Source of the DNA: an uncultured virus (IMG/VR IMGVR_UViG_3300016659_000217)
Lineage: Duplodnaviria; Heunggongvirae; Uroviricota; Caudoviricetes
Strand: one strand, 5' to 3'
IMG/VR virus record: IMGVR_UViG_3300016659_000217
DNA length: 64,000 bases
Shown one piece after another: positions 46,654 to 57,400 of this stretch (position 1 is its first letter; each line of letters starts with the position of its first letter). The notes below the pieces were generated by a model, which searched no databases, had not been told where the DNA came from, and was given only the letters and a program-made list of their open reading frames with translations. Made by a program: the position numbers and the translations under genes.

Positions 46654-47616
46654 ATGCAAAATAAAATTTTCTATTCTTGGCAATCTGATAGTCCATCAAA
46701 TACAAATAGGAACTTGATAAATACGGCTTTAGAAAAAGCAATTGAGCTTTTAAAGAAAGACGAAAGTACAACCATCAATCCTGTTATAGATAGAGATACA
46801 CTAGGGCTTTCTGGATCTCCAGATATTACTCATTCTATTTTTTCGAAAATTGATAATTCTTTTGCTTTTGTATGTGATGTTTCTATAATCGACTCCACGT
46901 CAGTTCGCCCCACACCGAATCCTAATGTATTGGTAGAGCTTGGTTATGCTATAAAAACTTTAGGCTGGAGTAGGATTATTATGGTTATGAATACTCAATA
47001 TGGGGAACCCGACAAACTACCTTTTGATCTTAGATCAAAGCGCGTCTTAACTTATAAAATTTCAACTCATGAGGAAGAAAAAGCACCAATCAGAAATAGT
47101 CTTTCAAAAACATTTGAAACAGCCCTAAAAATGATTTTTGACAATCACGATTTGAGCTCGTCTACTGAACCCACATTAATAGGCTCAGAGTTAACAAACT
47201 TTCGTGAATCTGATTTACAGTTATTTAGACAGTTTTGTGAGACTCTCCCATCCAAAGGAAGTATTAGCTTTATAGATGAACAAAATATGGCTGGCTTTTC
47301 ATGGCCTAGCTCAGCTATAAGCCAGTTACATGACTTTTATCATAGTTGGGGTGATGCTGAACATGAATTTATTGATCCCGAGCTAGAATCTATTAGATCC
47401 AAATTGTATGAACTAATAGGTAATTATCTTGGTCAAATTGCAATTAATACTTTCCCTGCTAACAATCCAGAAAGGCAAACCGTGCCTCCAGAATGGGAGT
47501 ATGAGAACCCGAAACATTTCTTTGAAGTTGTTAAGCAACTACATGAAACTGCTGGTCAAATAGTAAAAACTCATCAGGAACTCATAAGACTTGGCCGCCG
47601 AAAAATGGCTCCCTAA
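46654..47616 (+). CDS. TIR-like / nucleotide-binding domain protein, candidate defence effector
   Basis: IFYSWQSD...SPDI...KID...CDVS...PNPNVLVELGYA...LPFD. Confidence 0.65.
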   Translation: MQNKIFYSWQSDSPSNTNRNLINTALEKAIELLKKDESTTINPVIDRDTLGLSGSPDITHSIFSKIDNSFAFVCDVSIIDSTSVRPTPNPNVLVELGYAIKTLGWSRIIMVMNTQYGEPDKLPFDLRSKRVLTYKISTHEEEKAPIRNSLSKTFETALKMIFDNHDLSSSTEPTLIGSELTNFRESDLQLFRQFCETLPSKGSISFIDEQNMAGFSWPSSAISQLHDFYHSWGDAEHEFIDPELESIRSKLYELIGNYLGQIAINTFPANNPERQTVPPEWEYENPKHFFEVVKQLHETAGQIVKTHQELIRLGRRKMAP

Positions 47617-47715
47617 GCAATTCCCCTACTTTATGTTACGATAATATACGCTACAATTATTTTAAAAATGCCCTCGCTTTGGGGGCTGTTACTATTATGA
47701 TTTCAACAATAGATA

Positions 47716-48540
47716 CTATGTTTCTTGTACCACTTTAATTTGGTGGGTGCTGCTGTAAACGAGTTCATGTCCGTGAAAATCAATTTCATAAATATTATAG
47801 CTTTTGAATATTTCAGTAAAACCATTTAGCTCTAAAAAACTAACAATATCTTGATAATTAATTTCTCTTTGCATGTTTGTTTTTATTACAGTAAAACCAA
47901 AATCCCAATCATGCGTGATATATCCAGTTGCATGAATAAAAGAGGTCTTTAATTCATTGTTAATTTTATACACTAAAATATATTTGAAATCTTCAGCATG
48001 CACTACGTCATTAAATGACATTGTATTCTTCATTATTCTACGATAACTTCCACCTAGGCCTTTTTTAATTTCAGATTTGCACCTAATCATTCCATCAGCA
48101 GATTCTATATAAATTTCAGATTCAAGATAGTCTGGAGTATATTTATGAGGACCAATATATAGCGATGAATATGGTTCTGTTTCTATAGAAATTGTCTCAT
48201 AAGGCTTTAAAATTAGTGGTGGCTTGCATTGATGAAGATTAAGCAAAATTTCTTTATCAAAGATGGCATAGATTGAGTAAATACACACAGGTTTATCTTT
48301 TTTATTTATTAAAATTATATTATTGATGCGAGTTGCAGAAAGCCTATTTGAGACAACTTCAAATTTCACCTTGACAGAATTTCCGACTTTTCTACTATAA
48401 AAAAAAACTGCAAAACAAGCTGATACTAAAAATATAAGTGGTCTGAATATTGAATCAATAATCGAAAACAGAGAATTTAAATATTCCATTAACTTAGTTG
48501 CATCAAAAATAAAAAATATAACATTTTTTTTTGAGTTCAT
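47716..48540 (-). CDS. Hypothetical membrane-anchored protein
   Basis: AT-rich; N-terminal TM LIFLVSACFAVFFY. Confidence 0.55.
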   Translation of the reverse strand: MNSKKNVIFFIFDATKLMEYLNSLFSIIDSIFRPLIFLVSACFAVFFYSRKVGNSVKVKFEVVSNRLSATRINNIILINKKDKPVCIYSIYAIFDKEILLNLHQCKPPLILKPYETISIETEPYSSLYIGPHKYTPDYLESEIYIESADGMIRCKSEIKKGLGGSYRRIMKNTMSFNDVVHAEDFKYILVYKINNELKTSFIHATGYITHDWDFGFTVIKTNMQREINYQDIVSFLELNGFTEIFKSYNIYEIDFHGHELVYSSTHQIKVVQET

Positions 48541-48607
48541 ACCATTGTAAATAAATTTATCTATTTCACTTAGGCAGCTTAAGCCTCAGTTAAAACAGTT
48601 ATCTCAA

Positions 48608-48688
48608 TTAACATACTGCACACACAGTGACATGAACCTTCGTCGAAATTGAACGGGCTGTGCAGCCTGAAAGCAGGATGCACAGCAT
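48608..48688 (-). pseudogene. Decayed homologue of the 33-aa lysis lipoprotein (MLCILLSGCTARSISTKVHVTVCAVC)
   Basis: High DNA identity with 9876-9956; lacks the MIKAL N-region; 2-nt deletion shifts the C-terminus. Confidence 0.65.
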
Positions 48689-48694
48689 AATATT

Positions 48695-49204
48695 TTATTC
48701 AGGCCATACCTCACTCAATCGTTCGACATCAATTGCGTGTCCATCTGCTTTTTCTGCCACACTTCGATATTCCGCTGTGCAAGCTTCGAGTAATTCACCG
48801 TTGGTAATGGTGTACTCAATGATGGTTTGACGGGGAGCTGAGGACAGACGCTTGTTTGCTTCGTTGAGTTGCTTTGACAACCCATTAGCAGCCAAGTCAG
48901 CACTACGAGCGGCAGCATTCGCATCTTGTATTTTTTTAATCGCATTTTGTTCTACCTTTATATATTTATCCGACCAAGCCTTTTCAGTAATGGCCTTCTG
49001 TTCTTTGGCTTTTGTGATTGCATCTTGATAAGGCTTCACAGCCTTTTCCACTTCTTGCTGTACCTTAGTTTTACAATCGGCCTTAGCTTTGTTTAAATCA
49101 CCTGCAAGTGAATTGGATTGCCATGTTTGAAAGAATCCATAGATCAAAAGCACAATGATTAATGTCCAGCGCTTGTTATTCCAAATCCATAAAAGTAAAG
49201 GCAT
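48695..49204 (-). CDS. i-spanin (Rz-like)
   Basis: N-terminal TM + coiled coil; downstream of the endolysin. Confidence 0.75.
   Translation of the reverse strand: MPLLLWIWNNKRWTLIIVLLIYGFFQTWQSNSLAGDLNKAKADCKTKVQQEVEKAVKPYQDAITKAKEQKAITEKAWSDKYIKVEQNAIKKIQDANAAARSADLAANGLSKQLNEANKRLSSAPRQTIIEYTITNGELLEACTAEYRSVAEKADGHAIDVERLSEVWPE
48715..48924 (-). CDS. o-spanin (Rz1-like) lipoprotein embedded in the i-spanin gene
   Basis: MRMLPLVVLTWLLMGC lipobox, Pro-rich CPQLPVKPSLSTPLP, alternate frame. Confidence 0.75.
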   Translation of the reverse strand: MRMLPLVVLTWLLMGCQSNSTKQTSVCPQLPVKPSLSTPLPTVNYSKLAQRNIEVWQKKQMDTQLMSND

Positions 49205-49500
49205 TAGAATTCCTCCACGTCTGGCAGGTCAACTGTTTGCCCAGCTAATCCATGATGGCAGTCAGATAAGAACTGAATTTTTCCATCCGTGACAAATGAA
49301 TGGCATTGACTAGGGTGTCCTTGATTCACCATTAAGCTTGGGCTAAATGTTGGTTTCTCTAAATCACCATTGAAATCCCAACGAATTTTGTGTTTCGGAT
49401 CAACATGGAATGGATGCAAGGTTTTACAACCAGGGCATTCAATAAAATAAATACCGTTAGACTCAAGAAGCACATTGCTAACTTTTTTAAATTCATTCAT
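49204..49500 (-). CDS. DUF6527-like small Cys/His protein
   Basis: CPGCKTLH...WDFNGDLEKPTFSPSL...CHSFVTDGKIQFLSDCHH. Confidence 0.7.
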   Translation of the reverse strand: MNEFKKVSNVLLESNGIYFIECPGCKTLHPFHVDPKHKIRWDFNGDLEKPTFSPSLMVNQGHPSQCHSFVTDGKIQFLSDCHHGLAGQTVDLPDVEEF

Positions 49501-50016
49501 CTACTGTGCTCCCATACATTTCGAATGGCGCTCAACCTGCCGAGTCCAAACGCCATAACAGTTATTGGATCGTACTGAGCAATCGCGTTTTGCCACGTAC
49601 TTCCACTTGAGTAATGCATCACAAGCCTGCTTATACTTCCCTGCTTTTAGATTCCGCAGCATGGAGGATTGATTCCAATTGGCTTGACCAAAGTTATAGG
49701 TGAAGTCGAGATATACGTCATACTCGACTTGAGATAACTTCACGCCCTGAAGTGACTTACGAAATGGAATTTCATCTTTGGCCACATGTGCTTTAGCCCA
49801 TTCCAATGCGGTTTTACGTGAAATTGGAGGATCGGTCATTTTAATCTTGGTGCCATCAGGCTTGGTTGTTGATCCGATACCTTGAGTCACAACACCACCC
49901 GTATCTTTGTAGGGAACCGGCACATTTCCCTCTTTATTTTCTAAATTCCAAAAAAAAGCAGCCGAAGCTGCTAATCCCATTGCCAAGTATTTCGTTTTAT
50001 TCGACATTGCATTCAC
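49501..50016 (-). CDS. SAR-type endolysin, GH24
   Basis: N-terminal Ala/Gly-rich SAR segment; EG...YKDTGGVVTQGIG. Confidence 0.85.
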   Translation of the reverse strand: MNAMSNKTKYLAMGLAASAAFFWNLENKEGNVPVPYKDTGGVVTQGIGSTTKPDGTKIKMTDPPISRKTALEWAKAHVAKDEIPFRKSLQGVKLSQVEYDVYLDFTYNFGQANWNQSSMLRNLKAGKYKQACDALLKWKYVAKRDCSVRSNNCYGVWTRQVERHSKCMGAQ

Positions 50017-50278
50017 CCTTCGCTTTACTCAACGCAATTTGATGTAGTTGCTCGGCACGTTTATTTTCTTGGCGCTTGTAATACCAATTAATCAAGAAGC
50101 TCATAAAGCTCACTAATAGGCCTGCAATCGCCACCAGCAAGCCAATTGCTGTAATTGGATCTAAACCCAGTAACTTCCCCGACAAGCCAGCAATTGATCC
50201 CCCCACTGCTGTTTTGGTTGAAATAGATGTAACTGCAGCACTCGCTTCGGCAATTGCTTGCCCTGTTGTTTCAGACAT
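49997..50278 (-). CDS. Holin/pinholin
   Basis: TM segments, INWYYKRQE tail; overlaps the endolysin; start placed at ATG 50278. Confidence 0.75.
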   Translation of the reverse strand: MSETTGQAIAEASAAVTSISTKTAVGGSIAGLSGKLLGLDPITAIGLLVAIAGLLVSFMSFLINWYYKRQENKRAEQLHQIALSKAKGECNVE

Positions 50279-50340
50279 TTCGCCCCCTAATTTTTGGCAA
50301 TAAAAAAGCACCCTTTTGGGTGCCATTCACTTTTCTAAAC

Positions 50341-50571
50341 TTAAACTTCGATTTGAATCACTTCACCCAATGGTGCGAGTCGTTTGATCTCACCATCAGA
50401 TACGAATACGGTTGCTCCTAAGTTATAGCGTGTTGAACTGGTGACCAGATTTAAACCTGACCCACCCACTACCAACACTTTGTAATTGGGGTGGTCCACA
50501 CTGGTAATGGTTCCTACAAACTCTGCAGCTGTAGGAAGCAAATCAATTAAACGCTGTAAGGCATTACTCAC
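50341..50571 (-). CDS. Small tail-tip protein
   Basis: End of the tail operon. Confidence 0.55.
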   Translation of the reverse strand: MSNALQRLIDLLPTAAEFVGTITSVDHPNYKVLVVGGSGLNLVTSSTRYNLGATVFVSDGEIKRLAPLGEVIQIEV

Positions 50572-52459
50572 GATTCACACGCTCCACTTTCACAGTTTGA
50601 TTGACGATCGCATGACTGAACGAGACGCTGACACTATCTACAATGCCCCACCATTCTGCATTAAAGGCCAGTACTTCTCCTGGTACACACTCACCCACCT
50701 CAGGCGAGATCGGCATGCTGTAGGTGTATGTTTCGACCATTCCTGCTTTGGCAAGTTTGGCTTTACCATAAGCCCCCATGCTGACATGGTTAAATAGCGG
50801 GTTATTTTCAGGCTGGAGTAAGGTATCGGCACTGGTTCCAGTGCGTTTCACTTGAGCGACCAATGCTTTACGATCATTGGTCAGCGTAATGCCATTGTAA
50901 TCAGGATAGATCTGATAATCTGTCGACTGACTCACCACCGCGGACTCAGGCAATAAGCGATCATATTCAGCGATTGACAGCACATCCCAGAAGGTCTTTT
51001 TATAAAGCGGCTTAATCGTCAGCGTATTGCTACCCTTTTCGCTATAAATAAACCCACCACCGCTTTCAACCACCATTTTGATGGCATCAATCGGTGCTAA
51101 ATTGGAATAGCTCAAACATTCACGCTCAACGACCCAACCCAAAGCATCGATCAACTGCCAATTGAGTGTTGTATCGCTAAATACGCGATCCAGTTCCGCT
51201 TGGCACAACTGGACTGAGGTTCGATCGTTCTCTTGTAAGAATGAGCGTAAAGGCGCTGTCGGTGCCGCAAGCAGTGCGGTTTGACTTCGACCAATCAAGG
51301 TATAAGTGTCTTGGGCAAATTTACGAGAGCGTCGTCGGTTTTCCAGCAACATTTGATGTTCGGTACCATTCACGATAATTTTTAAAATCACAGGTTGACC
51401 ATTGATCGGTTCCAGTTTGCCAATCTGGGATGCCGGTACGGTCAAACTATAGGACCAACACCAGCAGCTGCGATCAGTACTGTAATTCCCATCATAAACT
51501 TCAATCTCTTCGCCATTGTCGAGGCGCGTCACAGATAAACTATTCAATATGTACCACCAATTGCGATTTGGTATGCCAGGTATGCAATCATCTGCACCGA
51601 AGTTGAGTTCAACATTGTGTGCATCTACTTCATGACATAGGCATATGAAATTAAGATTGCCCGTACCTTCATACTGAGGAATCTCAGGCTCTGGCCATGG
51701 TTCAATCGGATGCTTGCGATAATGGATGGATTTGGCCTTATCCCAAGGGATCTCATCTTGTGTGACCAGCTCTAGCCCTTTGTCCCAATCAAAGCTAAAA
51801 CGTTTTTCAAAGACATGTGCGACCTGATGTGAAAACGAGATGTTGCGGCGTTTACGGATCATCTCCTGATGAGTCAATTCACGGTTCAATCGAAGCTTGA
51901 TCGATTCATTGAAATACAAATCGCGTGCAATCCGAATCTTGAAGTTTTCTTGCCAACGCACGCCTTGGTTGCGACTGAGCTTCACACCCTGGTCAAACGC
52001 CGCATGGATGGATTCAGATAAAGTCCTTCCACGCTGAAAGCCAATGTCATTGCCATGGTTGATCACCAACCCACGATCGTAAAAAAAGGTGTCATTTGAC
52101 ACCCTTAAAACTGGTTTAAACCACGGTATTTCAGTGTTTATTAATCGATGTGCTGCCTCCTTAAAAACATACTGAAATCCTTTAGATACACCCAGAAGAT
52201 GATTCATATCAAATGAACCCAAGATTCGCGGATTTAGTCGGCAACTGATTGGAATCCTTGCAAGGCCATGATTATCAACTGGGCGTACGCTGCTACCACT
52301 AGCTCTAAACTTAAAGGCGGTTTTAACTTTAATCCGAGCAATCGAAAATGCAGTCTCACCGCCAAAATTTAAAGCTACGTTATGGCTATCAACTGATCCA
52401 AGCTCGTCTTTAAAATTTAACTCTACATTGTGTGCATCAGGTGGTGTGTAGTTCGACAT
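50564..52459 (-). CDS. Tail structural protein with three DAHNVELNF-type repeats
   Basis: YTPPDAHNVELNF, SVDSHNVALNF, EVDAHNVELNF. Confidence 0.65.
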   Translation of the reverse strand: MSNYTPPDAHNVELNFKDELGSVDSHNVALNFGGETAFSIARIKVKTAFKFRASGSSVRPVDNHGLARIPISCRLNPRILGSFDMNHLLGVSKGFQYVFKEAAHRLINTEIPWFKPVLRVSNDTFFYDRGLVINHGNDIGFQRGRTLSESIHAAFDQGVKLSRNQGVRWQENFKIRIARDLYFNESIKLRLNRELTHQEMIRKRRNISFSHQVAHVFEKRFSFDWDKGLELVTQDEIPWDKAKSIHYRKHPIEPWPEPEIPQYEGTGNLNFICLCHEVDAHNVELNFGADDCIPGIPNRNWWYILNSLSVTRLDNGEEIEVYDGNYSTDRSCWCWSYSLTVPASQIGKLEPINGQPVILKIIVNGTEHQMLLENRRRSRKFAQDTYTLIGRSQTALLAAPTAPLRSFLQENDRTSVQLCQAELDRVFSDTTLNWQLIDALGWVVERECLSYSNLAPIDAIKMVVESGGGFIYSEKGSNTLTIKPLYKKTFWDVLSIAEYDRLLPESAVVSQSTDYQIYPDYNGITLTNDRKALVAQVKRTGTSADTLLQPENNPLFNHVSMGAYGKAKLAKAGMVETYTYSMPISPEVGECVPGEVLAFNAEWWGIVDSVSVSFSHAIVNQTVKVERVNRE

Positions 52460-52468
52460 TGACCACCT

Positions 52469-52858
52469 CTACTCAGGCTCAATAAATATCGCATCCAATT
52501 GATGGGTAGCCCCCAAAACAATCTCATAATTATCTAGCTCGATCTCCACCCCCATGTCCAAGTCAATTACCGCTTGACCTGCTGCATTGTATAAGCGCGC
52601 CCAGATTGCAGTGGCGGTTTTAATCGCCATTGCCGTATTGCTTGGATGGAGCTCAATTGAATTTTCATTTACTTGTTTTACACAAGGTTTAGGTAAAGTC
52701 AAAGTAACCAGTCGTGAAGATGGATCGGCAACCACCTCTTCAGAAGCAGGCCGTACACCATCAAAATACACCATGGTTGCTTGTCCCTCACCTTGATCTA
52801 AGTTTGCTGCCATCGCCTGAAGCATGGCCATTTTTACAACGTGTGATGGTACTGTCAT
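52469..52858 (-). CDS. Phage structural protein
   Basis: Position; ATAIWARLYNAAG motif. Confidence 0.55.
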   Translation of the reverse strand: MTVPSHVVKMAMLQAMAANLDQGEGQATMVYFDGVRPASEEVVADPSSRLVTLTLPKPCVKQVNENSIELHPSNTAMAIKTATAIWARLYNAAGQAVIDLDMGVEIELDNYEIVLGATHQLDAIFIEPE

Positions 52859-53127
52859 TTTGGCACCACATTATCTTGAATGACTGCGTTATATTGGCTT
52901 TGACTATCTAGAGCTACAATATAGACACGCGACGACCCATTTAGACTAAATTCATAATGTCCACTCACATCGCTTTCAGTGGTGGCCAACAATTGGTTAT
53001 TTACCCGAGAATACAAGCAAACCTTTTGAAAACCAGTAACTATTCCCTTTCTTAAAGTTCTACCTTTAATGGTCCTAGAGAGGTTTGTTTGATTAGATGT
53101 GATGTGAATGTTTGTACCAATAAGCAT
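52855..53127 (-). CDS. Carboxypeptidase-regulatory-like domain tail protein
   Basis: VCLYSR..QLLATTESDVSGHYEF...YNAVIQDNVVP. Confidence 0.6.
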   Translation of the reverse strand: MLIGTNIHITSNQTNLSRTIKGRTLRKGIVTGFQKVCLYSRVNNQLLATTESDVSGHYEFSLNGSSRVYIVALDSQSQYNAVIQDNVVPK

Positions 53128-54375
53128 CTATCTCTCCTTGAGGCAAACCAAATAAGCTGCTTGACCGCCCTCTTGGTTGTTGGACCTCACACAAACCGCT
53201 GAGTCTTGCCACTGCATTTGACTTCCCATTTGTGCAAGCGAGCGAATAAAAGGTAAACGAAATACAGGCAAATTCTGGGATACAGCAAACATATCAAAGC
53301 CGATGTATTTGCCCAAGGTAGAAAACCCTTCTAATACATCAGCTCTTCCTGAATATTGTTGCTCACTAATTCCATTCATAGCTGTTTGGCTAATATTCAC
53401 ATATGGCATCTCATATTTTTGGAGTTGCTGATAATTCGCTGCACCATACTTATCAAAAAATATAAATGAATTCGCTCTATGATCTGAACGCGCTCCACTA
53501 ATTGGGTCATGAATTTGGTGTGAAACCACAGTGCTAATTGTTGCATTAACACTTGAAACCAATAATGCATAATTATCAGTATCGTTAGTAAGGTTTTGAA
53601 CTTTGCCAAAGCCGTAAATAAAGTACAGGTTTTCTTGCATATTGGTTCGGTTTAAAATAACAAAAAAAGTCGCATCCCCAACCACAAGCCACTCTCTAAT
53701 GCCATTTTGAGGCGGTGTGCTTTCAATAAAATTATTGTTATTTCCATTTCGCTGTGTAGCGTGATACCACTTAAACCAACCATGGAAATTATTATTAAAA
53801 CCATGGTTTCTATTTGGGTTTTGAGCGTCATAAGGCATCTGGATACCATCAAAGGTATCAATCCCTGACATCGCATCACATACGGTAATCTTTGCAAACT
53901 TTGCCCCTGTTTCTGGAGCACCACTTGAGCAGCTATCATCAACCCTTAAGTACATTGGGTCTAACCCATTGTTCGCTTGATAAACTGCTTTTTGTACGCC
54001 ACTGTATGTCTTTTTCCAACCCAATGGTGGGAGAGAACAAGTAATCTGTCCCGTTGTTGTTAATGTGGCTGCCGTTGATAAGCGGTAAGTTAAAGTGTTT
54101 GCATTTGGAATGGAGAGAATCCGAAATTCTCCGTTTAGCTCGGTAGTATTTGCCCCTGTAATTTTGATGACTTGATTCTGCTTATAGGTATGTGCTGTTG
54201 CAAAAGCAACTGTAACAAGCCCTTCATTGCAGGCCAGTGTGCTTACTGGTTGTGCACTAAAGCCTGTTACCAAACAAGCGTCAAGCACATCAATTAAACA
54301 TCCCCAAGTATTTTCAAGTTGTGGTGCACCTGTATTCTCATTCGAGAAAAACTTTACCTCTGTGCTTTCTGTCAT
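53128..54375 (-). CDS. Tail fibre / receptor-binding protein
   Basis: GAPQL..WGCLIDVLDACLVTGF N-terminus typical of phage fibres. Confidence 0.6.
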   Translation of the reverse strand: MTESTEVKFFSNENTGAPQLENTWGCLIDVLDACLVTGFSAQPVSTLACNEGLVTVAFATAHTYKQNQVIKITGANTTELNGEFRILSIPNANTLTYRLSTAATLTTTGQITCSLPPLGWKKTYSGVQKAVYQANNGLDPMYLRVDDSCSSGAPETGAKFAKITVCDAMSGIDTFDGIQMPYDAQNPNRNHGFNNNFHGWFKWYHATQRNGNNNNFIESTPPQNGIREWLVVGDATFFVILNRTNMQENLYFIYGFGKVQNLTNDTDNYALLVSSVNATISTVVSHQIHDPISGARSDHRANSFIFFDKYGAANYQQLQKYEMPYVNISQTAMNGISEQQYSGRADVLEGFSTLGKYIGFDMFAVSQNLPVFRLPFIRSLAQMGSQMQWQDSAVCVRSNNQEGGQAAYLVCLKER

Positions 54376-54426
54376 TTTGATTACCCATAAAAAAGACCGC
54401 CGAAGCGGTCATATTTGAATTAAAGA

Positions 54427-57400
54427 TTAAGCAACCCGGTCAATGTCACCACGTAGCATGATTTGGAATGAGTCAGACAATACTGTTGGTTCGGACTGCT
54501 TCACTGTGCGAATTACCCAGATCGGATGATTGGCTGCAATGGTGTTAAAACGCAGTACGTTGCCACTTGCCCATCCATTGCCCCAACCTTCCTTTTTGAT
54601 AGTAAAGTAAGGCGCATTGGTGACGGGGTTGATTGGGGAGCAGTCTTCAGTCGTGACCCCTGTAGCAATCTGGCCAGAAGTTTCACCAATAATTCGGAAA
54701 GAGGTATTGCCTGTAAAGACTAATGCCCAACGCTCCTGAATATTGCCTTTATTGGTAACGGCAATCGGATACAGGGTGTCGTTGTAATTAGCTGAAATGG
54801 CAGCACCCACCGCCTCATCCTTCCAAATGCTATCCCACGTCGACTGTACAAACTTACGGGTGTAACGTGCCTGCATATCATCAATCACCAGTGCTGAACC
54901 AACGATGGTGTGAGCTGGATCATAGTTATGTGTCAGCGGCTTAGTGAAAGTCACTTGGCCATTAATTTTGACATCACGCACTAAACCCATATCTTGATAG
55001 CGATACTTGGCTGTCAGTGGTCCTGTCAGATTACCCAAGGCAAAATCACCGTTTAAAGTCACTTTGCCGTAGTCATAGTCCACTGTGTACAAATCAAATG
55101 GAATTTTAATGCCGTCGGCATCTTCAAGTTCACACCAGGAGATCCGTGCATCATTCAATGGATAGGTTTGGCCAGCAATATAATCGGGTAATTCCTGCGA
55201 CTTACTTGCACTCACAATCCCAATTTCACCCGATCGGAATATTGGAACTCGACCATCAATCGGCAAACGTACTGCAGATAAACCCAGAAGTTCAGCATCA
55301 ATCGGGATATAACTATAACCCACTGCGCTGTATTTGATGGTTTCAGGCAAGACCATAATCGGCTTGTGAATCCACTGCTTGCCATCCTTGGTGTATTCCA
55401 GCTCTGCTACATACCAATCCTGCGCCATAACTTCAGCACGGTTAGCAGAAGTCACTTCAATCTTTTGTCGAAAAACAAACTGGCCATAGCCTTGGTCAAA
55501 GTTAAAGAAGCCATCGCATTCGGCTGTATCAATGGTCCCCGAGCCATCAGGCGTGATATTCAACACACCACCTTCCACCTTTGTTGCTGACAAGGTTAAA
55601 GACTGAGCCCGGATCGGGATCATCGGTGCACGGTATGACACTTGGTTAGTCTGCACGCTTTCCAGTTGCGTCACCAAGGTCTCTAAGCTTGGATTATTTG
55701 CCCCACCTACATCCCATGAAGATAGCTCTACGGCTCCATTCCCATAATGGATCTGACCTGCTACCGTTCCCGCACCCGTGGTCACTGATGGATTACGGTA
55801 AAGCGATCCGAGTTTATCGACATAGGTTGAACTGGCTAAGGTAAAGCGAACCGAACCTGCAAGAATCTGCTCAGCAAAGCCTTCAGTTAAATCCGTTTTT
55901 AGCACAGAACCAATCACTGTATCCGACCAGGATTGAGCCGCAGAACTATCTCGATAAGAGACACTCACCGTCACCACAGTTGCTACTTCATTCAGGCTTA
56001 GGGTATGCGTCTCACTGGTATTTTCATACTTAATGGTCATCCCTAACATGCCTGCAGCAATCGCCTCTTGATCGGTATTATATTTGCCATAAAACGGCTG
56101 CATAATCTTCTCGCGTTCGATCGCTTCAAGTGTGGTGCTTGGGGTGATATTCATGGTCCGAGACGCATAGTTGATCGTGCCTTGTTGCTGACCTGCACCA
56201 TTGATTAAACGCCCTGTGGTGGCATCAATCGGCATATCACGCAGCTCAACTTCACCTGAATAATTCATATACTTGACGGGTACCCGGACTTTCACAGACT
56301 TAGGAATGAGTGCCGCAGAACCATTGTCCAATTCAATCGAAATAGTGCCGCTGGTCGGTACCGCAGTCACTTGAATTGAAGACTTAGATCCTTTCTGGCC
56401 TGATACATTGAATGTGGTACCGCCATTGGGTAATAAGGTCGGCATCAGCTTGGCGATACCATCCGCATAGTCAATGTTGCCTGTGGCATCACCTGAAAAT
56501 TGCCCTTGGCCATTGTCGGTTGCTGTCTTAGTGACCCCATTCAATAACCAGTCGATCGTCAGGGTACCTGCCACAATCGAGTCATTCACTGGGATCTCAA
56601 TATAGGCTTTATTAATCGTTAATCCTGAACGCTCCTGAGCCGTGATCATGTTGCTCCATGTCAGAAGGATTGCACTGCCGACATCGGCGAGTTCACCCGT
56701 GGTAAGTGCCATGGTACCTGTATCGTAATCAATACTGCCTGAACCAAATGATGAATCAGCACCGCGTAATTGGCCTGCACCATTGTCTCGAAGCGTGTAG
56801 ACCTGATTCTGCACCAAGTATGAGACCTGCAAACTACCCGGTGATGGCAACGGGACCAGGTTGCGGATCCAGTTAAAACCGATGTTCTCCTGATTGACAT
56901 AGATCAGTTCAGATTCAACAGGTGCTGTCACCGCAGCTGCAGGCATAAAATTAATCGTGAGGTTGGTAGTTCCCGTCCCCGCGCTTGCATTCCAAGCAAT
57001 CGAACCGTTTTGATAGTTAATGGTACCAATCGATGTGCCAGCGGCATTTTTCAGTTCACCACCGACGTCAGTAATCGCTGCACCAAATAATGTGAACTCC
57101 ACCGATTTCGGCATGACAGATGAACCAAGATATAGACTAGACACAGTATTAATGGTGACATTGTTAAAAGTCTTGGACAGCACCCCATTTTTAGCTTTCA
57201 CCAAGGCCACAGAGTCACCTGCAGCATTGATATTTACCATGGGGGTTTCAGTCTGCGCTGAGGGAACCAACTGGGTATAAACATCCTCTGCAACCACCGA
57301 ATAATCACCGACTTGTGCAGCTTCTTTGAGATTGGCACTGGAATAATACTTGCCTGTATCCGCCACAATGGTGTCACGGATGATGGTGGTACTCTTTTCA

